A DNA stretch of 59,632 nucleotides from IMG/VR virus record IMGVR_UViG_3300027819_000013, positions 1 to 59,632 of that record; one strand, given 5' to 3'. Positions 9,103 to 18,277 of the stretch are shown here, one piece after another (positions within the stretch are counted from its first letter, which is position 1; the number at the start of each line of letters is the position of its first letter). Source of the DNA: a virus. Taxonomy: Duplodnaviria > Caudoviricetes. The position numbers and the translations under genes are program-made. The notes beneath the pieces are model-generated. The model searched no databases, was not told the origin of the DNA, and saw only the letters and a program-made list of their open reading frames with translations.

Positions 9103-10555
9103 GCTCCGCACGATTGCTCGCGAAGTTGCGCGAGTGTTCAAGCCGCAAGAAGGCCCACAAGAACTTTTTCTTTCCTCTCCCGCCGACATTGTCATTTATG
9201 GCGGTGCTGCGTTCGCAGGGAAAACTTTCGCGTTGTTGATGGAGCCTGTGCGGCACATTAATAATCCATTGTTCTACGCTGTGATCTTTCGGCGCGAAAC
9301 TCCACAAATCACAAATCCTGGTGCGTTGTGGGATGAGTCGATGAAGCTGTATCCGCTCATCGGGAGCAGCCCTGTGCGCGGGGAGTTGGAGCATCGGTTT
9401 GCTTGTGGGTCGAAGATTAAGTTCGCTCACTTGGAGCAACCCGACGATGTGTTCTCGTGGGACGGGGCGCAGGTGCCGTTCATCGGGTGGGACCAGTTGG
9501 AGCACTTTGAGAGGTCGCAGTTCTTTTACATGCTCTCGCGCAATCGGTCGGACTCTGGGGTGGCGCCTTACATGCGCGCGACGTGCAATCCGAACGTGGA
9601 CTCCTGGCTTGCGGAGTTCATTGCGTGGTGGATCGATCCGGACACGGGTTATCCAATTCCGGAGCGCGCAGGGAAGATTCAGTGGTTCATTCGTGATGGC
9701 GATGTTGTGGTGTGGGGAGATTCGCGAGAGGTGTTGATTGAGCAGAGCGGAGATCCAGACTCGGATCCGAAGTCGGTGGCCTTTGTGCCTGGGAATATCT
9801 TCGATAATCGAATCGGTATGGCGAACGATCCTAAGTATCTGGGTAACCTGAAAGCACTGGGTCGTGTGGAGCGTGAACGGTTGCTCGGTGGCAATTGGAA
9901 GATTCGCCCGGCGGCAGGACTGCTATTTCAGCGTGAATGGTGCCCGGCGCTGGATATGGCACCAGAGAGCGCGTTTGAGGCTGTTGTGCGTGGGTGGGAC
10001 CTGGCGGCAACGCAAAAGACTGAGGGCAACTCCCCCGCATGGACAGTGGGCGTGAAGCTGGGCCGGTATCGTGGGACGAAGCGCTACTGTGTACTCGATG
10101 TGCGCCGCGCGCAAGTGAGTCCCGCGAAAGTTGAGGAATTGATTCTGCGCACCGCACAGGGCGACGGGCGCTCGGTTCAGGTGGCAATTCGCCAGGATCC
10201 AGGGCAGGCGGGCAAGGCGCAAGTCGCGACGTTGGTGAAACTGCTCGCGGGATTCATGGTGCATTCCTCGCAGGAGTCTGGAGACAAGGCGACGCGCTTT
10301 GGGCCGTTCTCGGCACAGTGCGAGCACGGGAACGTGGACGTGCTGCGCGGAGTGTGGTATGACACGTATTGCACCTCACTGGAAGCTTTCCCTGACGGGA
10401 GGACGAAGGACGACGCGGACGCCTCGTCCTCGGCGTTCGAGCGGCTCACACAGATCAGCGGCCCTGTTGACGTGGAGCAGGGGTCCGAGGTCGCGGAGTC
10501 CGTGGCGTTGAGCGAGGGCGATGGATCGCCTTGGGGCATGTATGGGAATGCGTGA
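9089..10555 (+). CDS. terL: Terminase large subunit
   Basis: Walker A GGAAFAGKT, ATCNP coupling motif, RGWDLAAT nuclease motif and KDDADA. Confidence 0.95.
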   Translation: MGATKLRTIAREVARVFKPQEGPQELFLSSPADIVIYGGAAFAGKTFALLMEPVRHINNPLFYAVIFRRETPQITNPGALWDESMKLYPLIGSSPVRGELEHRFACGSKIKFAHLEQPDDVFSWDGAQVPFIGWDQLEHFERSQFFYMLSRNRSDSGVAPYMRATCNPNVDSWLAEFIAWWIDPDTGYPIPERAGKIQWFIRDGDVVVWGDSREVLIEQSGDPDSDPKSVAFVPGNIFDNRIGMANDPKYLGNLKALGRVERERLLGGNWKIRPAAGLLFQREWCPALDMAPESAFEAVVRGWDLAATQKTEGNSPAWTVGVKLGRYRGTKRYCVLDVRRAQVSPAKVEELILRTAQGDGRSVQVAIRQDPGQAGKAQVATLVKLLAGFMVHSSQESGDKATRFGPFSAQCEHGNVDVLRGVWYDTYCTSLEAFPDGRTKDDADASSSAFERLTQISGPVDVEQGSEVAESVALSEGDGSPWGMYGNA

Positions 10556-12371
10556 AATGGAGACAGTCATGGCTGAACGCACGTTGTTGCGACGCTTTGC
10601 GGATGCGCTATGGCCGTTCGGTACATCGCGCTCGGAGCCGCTGATGCCAAAGCGCTCGGATTTGGTACGCGGGGATGTGTTCGTCGATCCCTCGCGGCTG
10701 TTCGGTGGGCGACTCTCGACGCCATATAATCCGTCGGTGCTTGTGACGCGTAAGGGCATGAACATCTTCGACCAGATGAAAGTGGACGAGCAGGTGAAGG
10801 CAGCGCTGCTGTTCAAAAAACACGCAGTGCTTGCCGCGGGGTGGGAGGTGATTTCGCCGGGCGACCAGGACGAAGATTGGGAAGTCACGGAGTTTGTGCG
10901 TGACGCGCTAACAGCGGTCCCGGGCGGGATGAATCGCGCGCTGCGTGCGGTGATGCTCGGTATGGATTATGGCTACTCGATCACCGAGAAGGTCTACGAG
11001 GAGCGCGAGGGCAAGCTGTTGCTTGCGCGGCTCATCTCGGCGAAACCGCACTACTTCGATTTCGAGGCCGACGGGCACGGGCGTGTGCTCGCGCTGCTGC
11101 AGCGTTACGTGCCGGGCGTCGAGACGAACGAGAGGGCGTTCCCGCCCGACAAGTTCATCGTCTATTCGCACGAGAGCGAGTTCGAGAATCCGTACGGTCG
11201 CTCGGATCTGGAGGCGGCGTATCGCGCGTGGTGGACTAAGGACAACGCGTATAAGTGGCTCGCGGTGATGCTGGAGCGCTACGGGATGCCGCCGTTGTTT
11301 TTGCTTTACAACACGAACGCGTATCAGGGCGCTGAGGTCACGAAACTGAAAAGCATCGTGAAGAACATCCAGAACGCCACACTCGGGTTGATTCCGCGCG
11401 GGAACAAGGACGATCTGGAGTTTTCCTCACAGCAGCTCGCCGCGCAGTCGAAAGACGTGTTCCTCGCGGCGCTCGCGCGTTTCGACGCGGATATTGCGAA
11501 GGCGCTGCTCCAGCCATCGCTCACAGGGTTCTCAGGCGAGGGCGGCGCCGCGGAGAATCGCGGCTCACTCGCGCGCTCGAATGTGCATTGGAAGGCATTT
11601 CTGTATGTTGTCGGCGAACTCCAGAGCGCCGTCGCGACGGCGATCAATGAGCAGCTCGTGCGTCCGACATGCGATTTGAACTTTGCGGGGTTGAAGTCAT
11701 ACCCAATTTTTCGCTTCGCGCGGCTGGATGATGAGCTGCAGGTAGAACTATTCAAGACTTGGGCGGAACTCGTTGCGGGCCGCGTGGTCAATCAGATCCC
11801 CGATGATGAAACGCATATCCGCTCGGCGCTTGGGTTCCCGGAGAACGAGGATCCGGAGGAGCTGAAGCAGCTTAAGGAATCGAAAGAGAAGCCGAAGGCG
11901 CCCGAGGAAGTTCCAGAGGAAGAGCAGACCACCGAGATGCGCCAGTTCGCTGAGGTAGCGGATGGGACGTGGATACGCACTGCGGAGGGGGAGGTCGTGT
12001 GTTTGGCGCAGTGGGACGAGTCGAAGCACCCGCGTCGCCCAACAGGGACCGAGGACGGCGGAGAGTTCGCGCCAGCCAATGGGCCAAAATGGAAGTCTAC
12101 TTCTAAGGGCAAGTCAGTAGATGAGTTAAAGAGCCTGGAGCGCGCCGCATGGGATGCTGGAAGTGCAGCCTCTATGAAAGCGATTGAGTTGAAGGATCGA
12201 TACAATCAAATCAAATCTGAATTTCGGGAAATATATGGAAGGGCTGGGGATAATCGGCCGGAGGTGTGGGGAGCTCTAATAGAGTGGCAAAACGCTGACG
12301 CAATAAGGAAGAGCTTTGAGCGGCAAGCTCGTGAATTCAGAATGGCCGCTAAAAAGTTGTCTGGTAAATGA
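10548..12371 (+). CDS. Portal protein (Mu gp29/DUF935 family) with C-terminal extension
   Basis: Follows TerL; YGYSITEKVY, ENPYGRSDLEAAY, LERYGMP and GSLARSNVH motifs. Confidence 0.9.
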   Translation: MREMETVMAERTLLRRFADALWPFGTSRSEPLMPKRSDLVRGDVFVDPSRLFGGRLSTPYNPSVLVTRKGMNIFDQMKVDEQVKAALLFKKHAVLAAGWEVISPGDQDEDWEVTEFVRDALTAVPGGMNRALRAVMLGMDYGYSITEKVYEEREGKLLLARLISAKPHYFDFEADGHGRVLALLQRYVPGVETNERAFPPDKFIVYSHESEFENPYGRSDLEAAYRAWWTKDNAYKWLAVMLERYGMPPLFLLYNTNAYQGAEVTKLKSIVKNIQNATLGLIPRGNKDDLEFSSQQLAAQSKDVFLAALARFDADIAKALLQPSLTGFSGEGGAAENRGSLARSNVHWKAFLYVVGELQSAVATAINEQLVRPTCDLNFAGLKSYPIFRFARLDDELQVELFKTWAELVAGRVVNQIPDDETHIRSALGFPENEDPEELKQLKESKEKPKAPEEVPEEEQTTEMRQFAEVADGTWIRTAEGEVVCLAQWDESKHPRRPTGTEDGGEFAPANGPKWKSTSKGKSVDELKSLERAAWDAGSAASMKAIELKDRYNQIKSEFREIYGRAGDNRPEVWGALIEWQNADAIRKSFERQAREFRMAAKKLSGK

Positions 12372-13342
12372 TTCCTCTCGCCATCGCTCTCCCTTCCGGC
12401 CGCGTCGCGCGGCTGGTGGCGTTCGCTCAGGATGGGGCCGCATGCTGTCTCCTCGCCACCGCCGACGCTGAGGGTCGGGTCACGCGGTTCGCGCTCGGGG
12501 CCGCGGACACTGCCTCGCTTCGCGCTGAGCTCGACGCGCTCGAATCCATCAGCAAGGTTGAGCTCGCCGCCGAGCTGCGCCGCGTGCGCTCGGATCTCGC
12601 CGCGAAGCTGAAAATCGCGAAGTCTCCGCGTGCGTTCAATACACTGCCGCGTCGCGCTGAGGTTGAGGCGGCGGTGCAGGGGATGCTCTCGCGCGCAGAG
12701 GCCGCGGGGAAGGCGGCAATGATCGCCGAGGTCGGAGCACCAGGTGAGTATGCTGCCTCTTTCACCCCTGTCGCCGCCGCGCGTTGGCTCGCGCAGGCCG
12801 CGTTCTGGATCACGGATGTGCTCGCCGACGATCTGCTCGGTGAGGCGCAGCGCATCCTCGTCAAGGGACTAAAGAACGGTACCGCTACCGGCGAGCTGAT
12901 GCGCGAGCTGTGGGAGGCATTCGTACCGTATCTGGGCGGGGAGGTCGGTGGCAAGGTGGTGAGCGCGCACCGCTTGGAGACCATCGTGCGCACGAACACT
13001 ACCACTGCCTACAACCACGGGCGGCTCACTGCGGCGCTCGACCCGAAGCTCGCGCGATTCGTGGACGGCGTGCGGTACTCGGCGATCTTGGATGAGCGTA
13101 CCACAGAGGTTTGCAAGCTCTTGCATGGTAAGGTATTTCTCACCCCAGCGGGGGCGAAACAGCACGGCGGCGGGGATCAGACTGCGGCACTGGAGGCGTT
13201 ATTGCCCCCAAGACATTTCAATTGCCGCTCGATCATCCACGCGAAAGTCGTCGGCTCGCCGATTCAGCCAGAGGACATAATCACCGACTTTGAGATCGAA
13301 CGCGCAAAGGAGTTGTCCGGCGCGGGGTTCATGCAGCGATGA
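12368..13342 (+). CDS. Minor head protein (MuF/SPP1 gp7 family)
   Basis: RLETIVRTNTTTAYNHG, YSAILDERTTEVC and PPRHFNCRS. Confidence 0.9.
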   Translation: MIPLAIALPSGRVARLVAFAQDGAACCLLATADAEGRVTRFALGAADTASLRAELDALESISKVELAAELRRVRSDLAAKLKIAKSPRAFNTLPRRAEVEAAVQGMLSRAEAAGKAAMIAEVGAPGEYAASFTPVAAARWLAQAAFWITDVLADDLLGEAQRILVKGLKNGTATGELMRELWEAFVPYLGGEVGGKVVSAHRLETIVRTNTTTAYNHGRLTAALDPKLARFVDGVRYSAILDERTTEVCKLLHGKVFLTPAGAKQHGGGDQTAALEALLPPRHFNCRSIIHAKVVGSPIQPEDIITDFEIERAKELSGAGFMQR

Positions 13343-13788
13343 TAGAATTGCTTATTGTCGCGCTCGCGCTATGGGTGACGTTTAATTGGCTGGCGCCGTG
13401 GACTCTGCTTGTGCGCGCGGAGCCGATGAGCCTTGGGCGCGTGTCGCAGGACGTGGCCGCGCGCGCCGCGCAGCTCGGAGTGCGTCTGTACACACAGCGG
13501 TTGCTGCGCCCTGGAGGGTTCTCGGTGCTCGCGTGGCCACAGCGGATCGTGGTGTTCGACAGTGCCTCGCTCGCTTTGACGCCGGCCCCAGCCCTGCGAT
13601 TTTTGATCGCGCACGAGCTGGGGCATTGCGCGCTCGGGCATGTGGGAGAGCGATGGCTGCTCGTGGTGAGTGGGGCAATCCTGTTGCCCGTGGCGCGGCG
13701 ACGTTTGGTCGCAATGGAGCGCGAGGCGGACGCCTACGCCGAGGCGCTGACTGGGGTGCGGGCGGATGAATTCTATGTGCGGCGATGA
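13339..13788 (+). CDS. Membrane zinc metallopeptidase (M48-like)
   Basis: N-terminal transmembrane segment, IAHELGH (HExxH) and EREADAYA. Confidence 0.75.
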   Translation: MIELLIVALALWVTFNWLAPWTLLVRAEPMSLGRVSQDVAARAAQLGVRLYTQRLLRPGGFSVLAWPQRIVVFDSASLALTPAPALRFLIAHELGHCALGHVGERWLLVVSGAILLPVARRRLVAMEREADAYAEALTGVRADEFYVRR

Positions 13789-14066
13789 TCATCTCGCGCC
13801 AAGATCCGAATACCCTCGGTTGGCTCGCGCCGCGCATGGCGTTCGATGTGGTGATAGAGTGTGTAGCCGAGCAATCTGTGCTACAGCAGCAGCGCATGCA
13901 ACTTGGGGCCGGATGGTACTGGGATCGGCTGACGCACTCATTGGTGCGTCCTGCGCATTGGCGAACAGCGGAAGAGCGAGGAGATATCGATGTGTCGCTT
14001 CGCGGGGTGGTCGAGTTGTCGATGGTAGATCGCGTAGCGCTGGGCTTCGCGCAGATGTTATTTTGA
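13785..14066 (+). CDS. Hypothetical protein
   Basis: ATGA-coupled ORF. Confidence 0.5.
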   Translation: MIISRQDPNTLGWLAPRMAFDVVIECVAEQSVLQQQRMQLGAGWYWDRLTHSLVRPAHWRTAEERGDIDVSLRGVVELSMVDRVALGFAQMLF

Positions 14067-14085
14067 TGAAAAGGAGAATTAACGC

Positions 14086-14268
14086 ATGAAGATGTTGCTT
14101 GAACGAGCCGACGCTCTCGTGGCCTCGACCAAGGACTGGTTCACCGGCAAGGAGCGCGAACTTCACCGCGAGCAGGCGGAACTGTTGCAAGAGCTTGCCC
14201 AGAGAGTTCATGCATTGGAAGCGAGCGTCGAGAAGGAAGATGTGTATCATCGGATTGGGTTGCCATGA
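14086..14268 (+). CDS. Hypothetical protein
   Basis: AAGGAG RBS; coiled-coil-like. Confidence 0.55.
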   Translation: MKMLLERADALVASTKDWFTGKERELHREQAELLQELAQRVHALEASVEKEDVYHRIGLP

Positions 14269-15059
14269 GTCGACTTTCGGTGGTGCTGCCGTTGTTTGCG
14301 CCGACGCTGTTCCTGCGAGCGCTCGCGGAGTTTTCGATTCGTACGATGCGCCTGCACGCGGATGATCCATCTTATGAGCTGATTGTTGCAGAAGCGGGTG
14401 GGGATCATTTCGCGCGTTATGAAGCGCACAATTTGATTGTGCAGCCCGAGACTGCGATCGACCGATACTTGGGCTTCCCGCAGCCGATCGGCGGCATTCG
14501 CGAGACCAACGCGGCTATTGATGCCGCTTCCGGCGAGTTCATCGTTTCTACAGGCTCGGACGTGATTGTGCCGAAGGGGTGGGACACAGAACTTTTGCAC
14601 GTATTTGAGGAACGGCCCAAAGATTGCGGAATAGCGAGCTTGTCAGCGTTTGAGCCGGGAGCGACGATCGGCCCGCGCGAGAAGCTCGATATGATCGTCG
14701 AGGGGATGTTCTCGCCGTTCAATATGTTTCGCAAGGGGTGGCGCCTGGATGAAGCGTACAAGCGCATCTACCAGGACTCGGACCTCGTCATGCGCATGTA
14801 CGAGCAGGGGCTGCGCGCCTACCGCAGTTGTAGGTTGCACGTACATCACCTGGGACAGATGACCACCGCGGTGATCGGACCGTCGGTGGGGCACGACCTG
14901 GCGCTCGCGCAGGACGAACGGCTGTTCTACCGTCGCTGGGGTAAATCGCCACTGGCGATGTTCGCGATGATCCGCTCGGGGCAGTACACCTACGGCAACG
15001 AGCACGCCTCGTGGACGAAATCGATCCGCTTGCACTATAACGAGAACACACCGGAATGA
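14265..15059 (+). CDS. Glycosyltransferase family 2 (GT-A fold)
   Basis: LSVVLP, YELIVAE, NAAIDAASGEFIV, GSDVIV, YQDSDLVMR and VHHLG. Confidence 0.8.
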   Translation: MSRLSVVLPLFAPTLFLRALAEFSIRTMRLHADDPSYELIVAEAGGDHFARYEAHNLIVQPETAIDRYLGFPQPIGGIRETNAAIDAASGEFIVSTGSDVIVPKGWDTELLHVFEERPKDCGIASLSAFEPGATIGPREKLDMIVEGMFSPFNMFRKGWRLDEAYKRIYQDSDLVMRMYEQGLRAYRSCRLHVHHLGQMTTAVIGPSVGHDLALAQDERLFYRRWGKSPLAMFAMIRSGQYTYGNEHASWTKSIRLHYNENTPE

Positions 15060-15228
15060 AAGCGGAGTCATCGCAGCCGGTTCTTGTTGAAGAGCAGACA
15101 AGCATTCGCGTCGAACGGTGCAAGCGTGTTGGAGTATTTGGCCAATGCGAGCTGTTCGAAGGTCACAAAGGACTGCACCGGAACTATCGCGAAGAGTTTA
15201 TTCAGATCGACGTTGGGACGGGTCCGCA

Positions 15229-15915
15229 ATGAGCGTGAATCGCTATCCACGCCCGGTGCGTGATGTACATCAGATCGAACTGACGACGCGGTGCAATATG
15301 CGCTGCCGTTATTGTCCTAGTCCGCAGAAACTGCGTCCCCACGAGGACATGGTGTGGGAAACGTACGAGGCCGCGCTCGACCTCGTCAAGTTCTACGCGC
15401 GGCAGGGCACGCAGACCGAGTTGTCCCTGACTGGGATCGGCGAGTCGCTCATGTATCCGCGCTTCCTGGAAGCGGTGGCGGCGGCGCGCGTCGCGATAGG
15501 GCCACAGCGGGCGCTAGTGATAACGACGAACGGCATCCTGCTCGACGACGTTATGGCTCAGTCTCTTTCGAAGTTCGCGCCACAAGTCTATGTATCGCTG
15601 CACCGTCCCGAGAAGGCCGGTCCCGCAATCGAGGCAGCGAAGCGCGCCGGGATCTTCAAGGGTTCGAATCCCGCGCCATCCATCTCCGCCTTCAACTGGG
15701 CGGGACAAGTGAAATGGCATGTCTCCGCACCGAGAACGCTATGTGATTACTTACGCCTGGGGTGGGCTGTGGTGCTGGTAGACGGGCGTGTGACCACGTG
15801 CTGCTTGGATGCAACTGGAGACGGCACTTTCGGTACGGTGTGGGACAATCCTGAATCATTGTGCATGAGCCCGTGGAAGCTGTGTGAGTCGTGCCACATG
15901 GAGGTGCCGCGGTGA
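15229..15915 (+). CDS. Radical SAM protein with SPASM/twitch-like C-terminus
   Basis: IELTTRCNMRCRYC, GIGES, ITTNG, DGRVTTCC and LCESC. Confidence 0.85.
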   Translation: MSVNRYPRPVRDVHQIELTTRCNMRCRYCPSPQKLRPHEDMVWETYEAALDLVKFYARQGTQTELSLTGIGESLMYPRFLEAVAAARVAIGPQRALVITTNGILLDDVMAQSLSKFAPQVYVSLHRPEKAGPAIEAAKRAGIFKGSNPAPSISAFNWAGQVKWHVSAPRTLCDYLRLGWAVVLVDGRVTTCCLDATGDGTFGTVWDNPESLCMSPWKLCESCHMEVPR

Positions 15916-16199
15916 ACTGCTCGAAGTGCGGGGTGGAGGCACAGGTGGTTGACGTGGGTTCGGCTTCGGGGCGCAAGACGTTCCGCTGTCCCCAGTGCGG
16001 CGCGCGGTGGCGCGAGAAGAACGCCGCGGCCGTGGCGCTCGGTTCGCTGGGCGGCAAGGCGCGAGCGGAATCACTCTCCGCGGAGGAGCGATCTGAGCAG
16101 GCCGCGCGCGCGATCACCTCCCGCTGGAGTGCTGAGAAGATGCGCGAAAACCCAATCGTTAAAGGGGCACGAGGCATTCTTAGCGGTAAGAAGTTTTAA
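15912..16199 (+). CDS. Zn-ribbon plus basic low-complexity domain protein
   Basis: CSKC...CPQC followed by AAVALGSLGGKARAESLSAEERSE. Confidence 0.55.
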   Translation: MNCSKCGVEAQVVDVGSASGRKTFRCPQCGARWREKNAAAVALGSLGGKARAESLSAEERSEQAARAITSRWSAEKMRENPIVKGARGILSGKKF

Positions 16200-16229
16200 T
16201 TCTCCCGTGCAGGGTCAATAATTGTCGTT

Positions 16230-17744
16230 ATGCCATACTCTTCGGGTAAGTTCCCTCCGTCTTGGAAGAATCTTGATGCTTCGATGCGCTCGAAGGCAGT
16301 CGAGGTTCTCAACGCCCTTTTAAAAGATGGTATGGCTGAGGGCAAGGCGATCCCAATCGCGTTGTCTCGGGCGCGTGAATTTGTGAAGAATCACGCTGCG
16401 ACGCCGACGATGGACGAATTGATGGCGAAGTGCAAAAAAGATCATCCTGACTGGACTCCAGCGCAGCACAAGGCGTGGGCCGAGGAGCAGATGAAGAAGC
16501 ACAGCGAGTATGCCGAGCAGCACACGAACGCGATCCGCGGCATCGAGGTGTTCGCCGCTGGCACACACAACGGCGACGTGTACACCGAGGCGGACCTCGA
16601 CGAGATGGTCCGGGCACACGGTGAACTCGATTTCCGCCCGGCGCTCAAGGTCGGGCACACGAAAGACTCCCCCGGCGCCCCGGCCTACGGGTGGGTGCGG
16701 AATTTGCGGCGCGTCGGTCAGAAGCTCGTCGCCGATTTCACCGACATGCACGACTCCGTCGTGGATGCTATTCGTAAGCGCGCCTATGACCGAGTCTCCA
16801 GCGAGGTGTACTTCAACCTAAACCGTGGCGGTAAAAAGTTCGGTCGCGCGTTGAAGGCCGTCGCGCTGCTCGGGGCGGATGTGCCGGCGGTCGCGGGACT
16901 TGTGCCATTGCACAAGGTGGAGTTTGCTACCGACGGCGAGTTCGAGAAGTTCACTACTGCGCACGAGGCCGCACTCGACGTGCCGCAGCAGGCAGTGTTC
17001 GAGTGCCTCAACGAGCGCGCCAGCGCGCTGATCCGAGAACTTGTTCAGAAGGAGCACAGCATGAAGACCGCCAAACAACTGCAGGAAGAACTCGACGCGC
17101 TGACCGAGCGGCTCGACGCAATCGGGCGGGACGGAGCCGACGACAAAGAAAAGACTGCCCAAGTCAAGGAACTGTCCGAGGCTATTACCAAAGTTAGCGC
17201 CGAGATCAAGGCGCTTACCGCTGCCGATGAGACCGAGCGCACCGAGATGGCCGCAACACTCAAGGCATCCAACGAACGCATCGCGCAACTCGAAGCCGAC
17301 GCGCGGCGCCGCAGCGTTGCGGAGAAAGTCGCCTCGATCCGCGTGCCGGCGTTCCGTCCCGGGATGGAGGCGGTCTATGCCTACGCGCTGACTCACGCTG
17401 CGGAGAAAGTGCGCGTTTATTCCAAGGACGACAAGGGCAACGAGCGCTCCGAGGAGAAGACCCTGGTCGAGATCGCCGACGTGTTCGTTGCGCAGATCAA
17501 CTCTCAGGCCGAAAAACTCTTCAAGACTTATACGCGAGTGGACGGCATGAACCGCGAGGAAGGCTCGCTCGACGATCCAGCCGAAGATCCGGGCGTCGCG
17601 ATCGATCGTAAAGTGCGCGAGTACATGGCGAAAAATCCGACCGTTAAGGACTACGAGGTCGCGATGGACGCCGTGCGCACGATCGAACCGGAACTGTTCC
17701 GGCGTTATACCGAGGCGGCGCAGGCCCGCGCGAGCGCGCACTGA
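16230..17744 (+). CDS. Prohead protease/scaffold (Mu gpI-like) with small N-terminal helical domain
   Basis: IEVFAAGTH, LKVGH, PAYGWV, YDRVSSE and LKAVALLGADVPAV; coiled-coil C-terminal half; located upstream of the capsid genes. Confidence 0.85.
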   Translation: MPYSSGKFPPSWKNLDASMRSKAVEVLNALLKDGMAEGKAIPIALSRAREFVKNHAATPTMDELMAKCKKDHPDWTPAQHKAWAEEQMKKHSEYAEQHTNAIRGIEVFAAGTHNGDVYTEADLDEMVRAHGELDFRPALKVGHTKDSPGAPAYGWVRNLRRVGQKLVADFTDMHDSVVDAIRKRAYDRVSSEVYFNLNRGGKKFGRALKAVALLGADVPAVAGLVPLHKVEFATDGEFEKFTTAHEAALDVPQQAVFECLNERASALIRELVQKEHSMKTAKQLQEELDALTERLDAIGRDGADDKEKTAQVKELSEAITKVSAEIKALTAADETERTEMAATLKASNERIAQLEADARRRSVAEKVASIRVPAFRPGMEAVYAYALTHAAEKVRVYSKDDKGNERSEEKTLVEIADVFVAQINSQAEKLFKTYTRVDGMNREEGSLDDPAEDPGVAIDRKVREYMAKNPTVKDYEVAMDAVRTIEPELFRRYTEAAQARASAH

Positions 17745-17777
17745 TCATCGTTCCAGAGATCAATAAGGAGGCATGAA

Positions 17778-18245
17778 ATGAAACGTTTATTCGATTTGAT
17801 CGCGGGGTTCGTCCGGTCTGCGCAGGCTGCATGGGCCGAGTTCGGTAATCAGTGGACGGTTCCCGGTCTGTCGGCTGCGGCTGATCTGTCCGGGGCCAGC
17901 GGCGGCGACAAGCAGTACATCGTCGTGCGCATGGCCGCAGCGACCACGGTGAACATCTGCTCGGAGGTGCTGGTATCCGGGGCGCTGAAAAGCCCGGTGG
18001 GCGTGTTGCAAAATAAGCCCAAGTCCGGCGAGGCAGCCACAATCGCCTACATGGGTCTGAGCAAGGTGCGCGGCGGCGGCACAGTCACCGCCGGGGCCTT
18101 CATCGCCCATAACAGCTCTGGGATGGTGGTGGATGCAGTCTCGGGGGACGTGGTTTGCGGTCGCGCGCTGGAGACCGCTACAGCCGCAAACGAACTCGTC
18201 ACCGCGCTGCTGTTCCCGCCGGTGAAATGGGGTTCGGTAGCGTAG
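17778..18245 (+). CDS. Capsid cement/decoration protein (DUF2190-like)
   Basis: AAADLS...QY, GVLQNKP, GLSKV and GRALETATAANE; position before the major capsid gene. Confidence 0.75.
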   Translation: MKRLFDLIAGFVRSAQAAWAEFGNQWTVPGLSAAADLSGASGGDKQYIVVRMAAATTVNICSEVLVSGALKSPVGVLQNKPKSGEAATIAYMGLSKVRGGGTVTAGAFIAHNSSGMVVDAVSGDVVCGRALETATAANELVTALLFPPVKWGSVA

Positions 18246-18277
18246 CCAACGACATACTCTCAACAGGAGATCACAAT

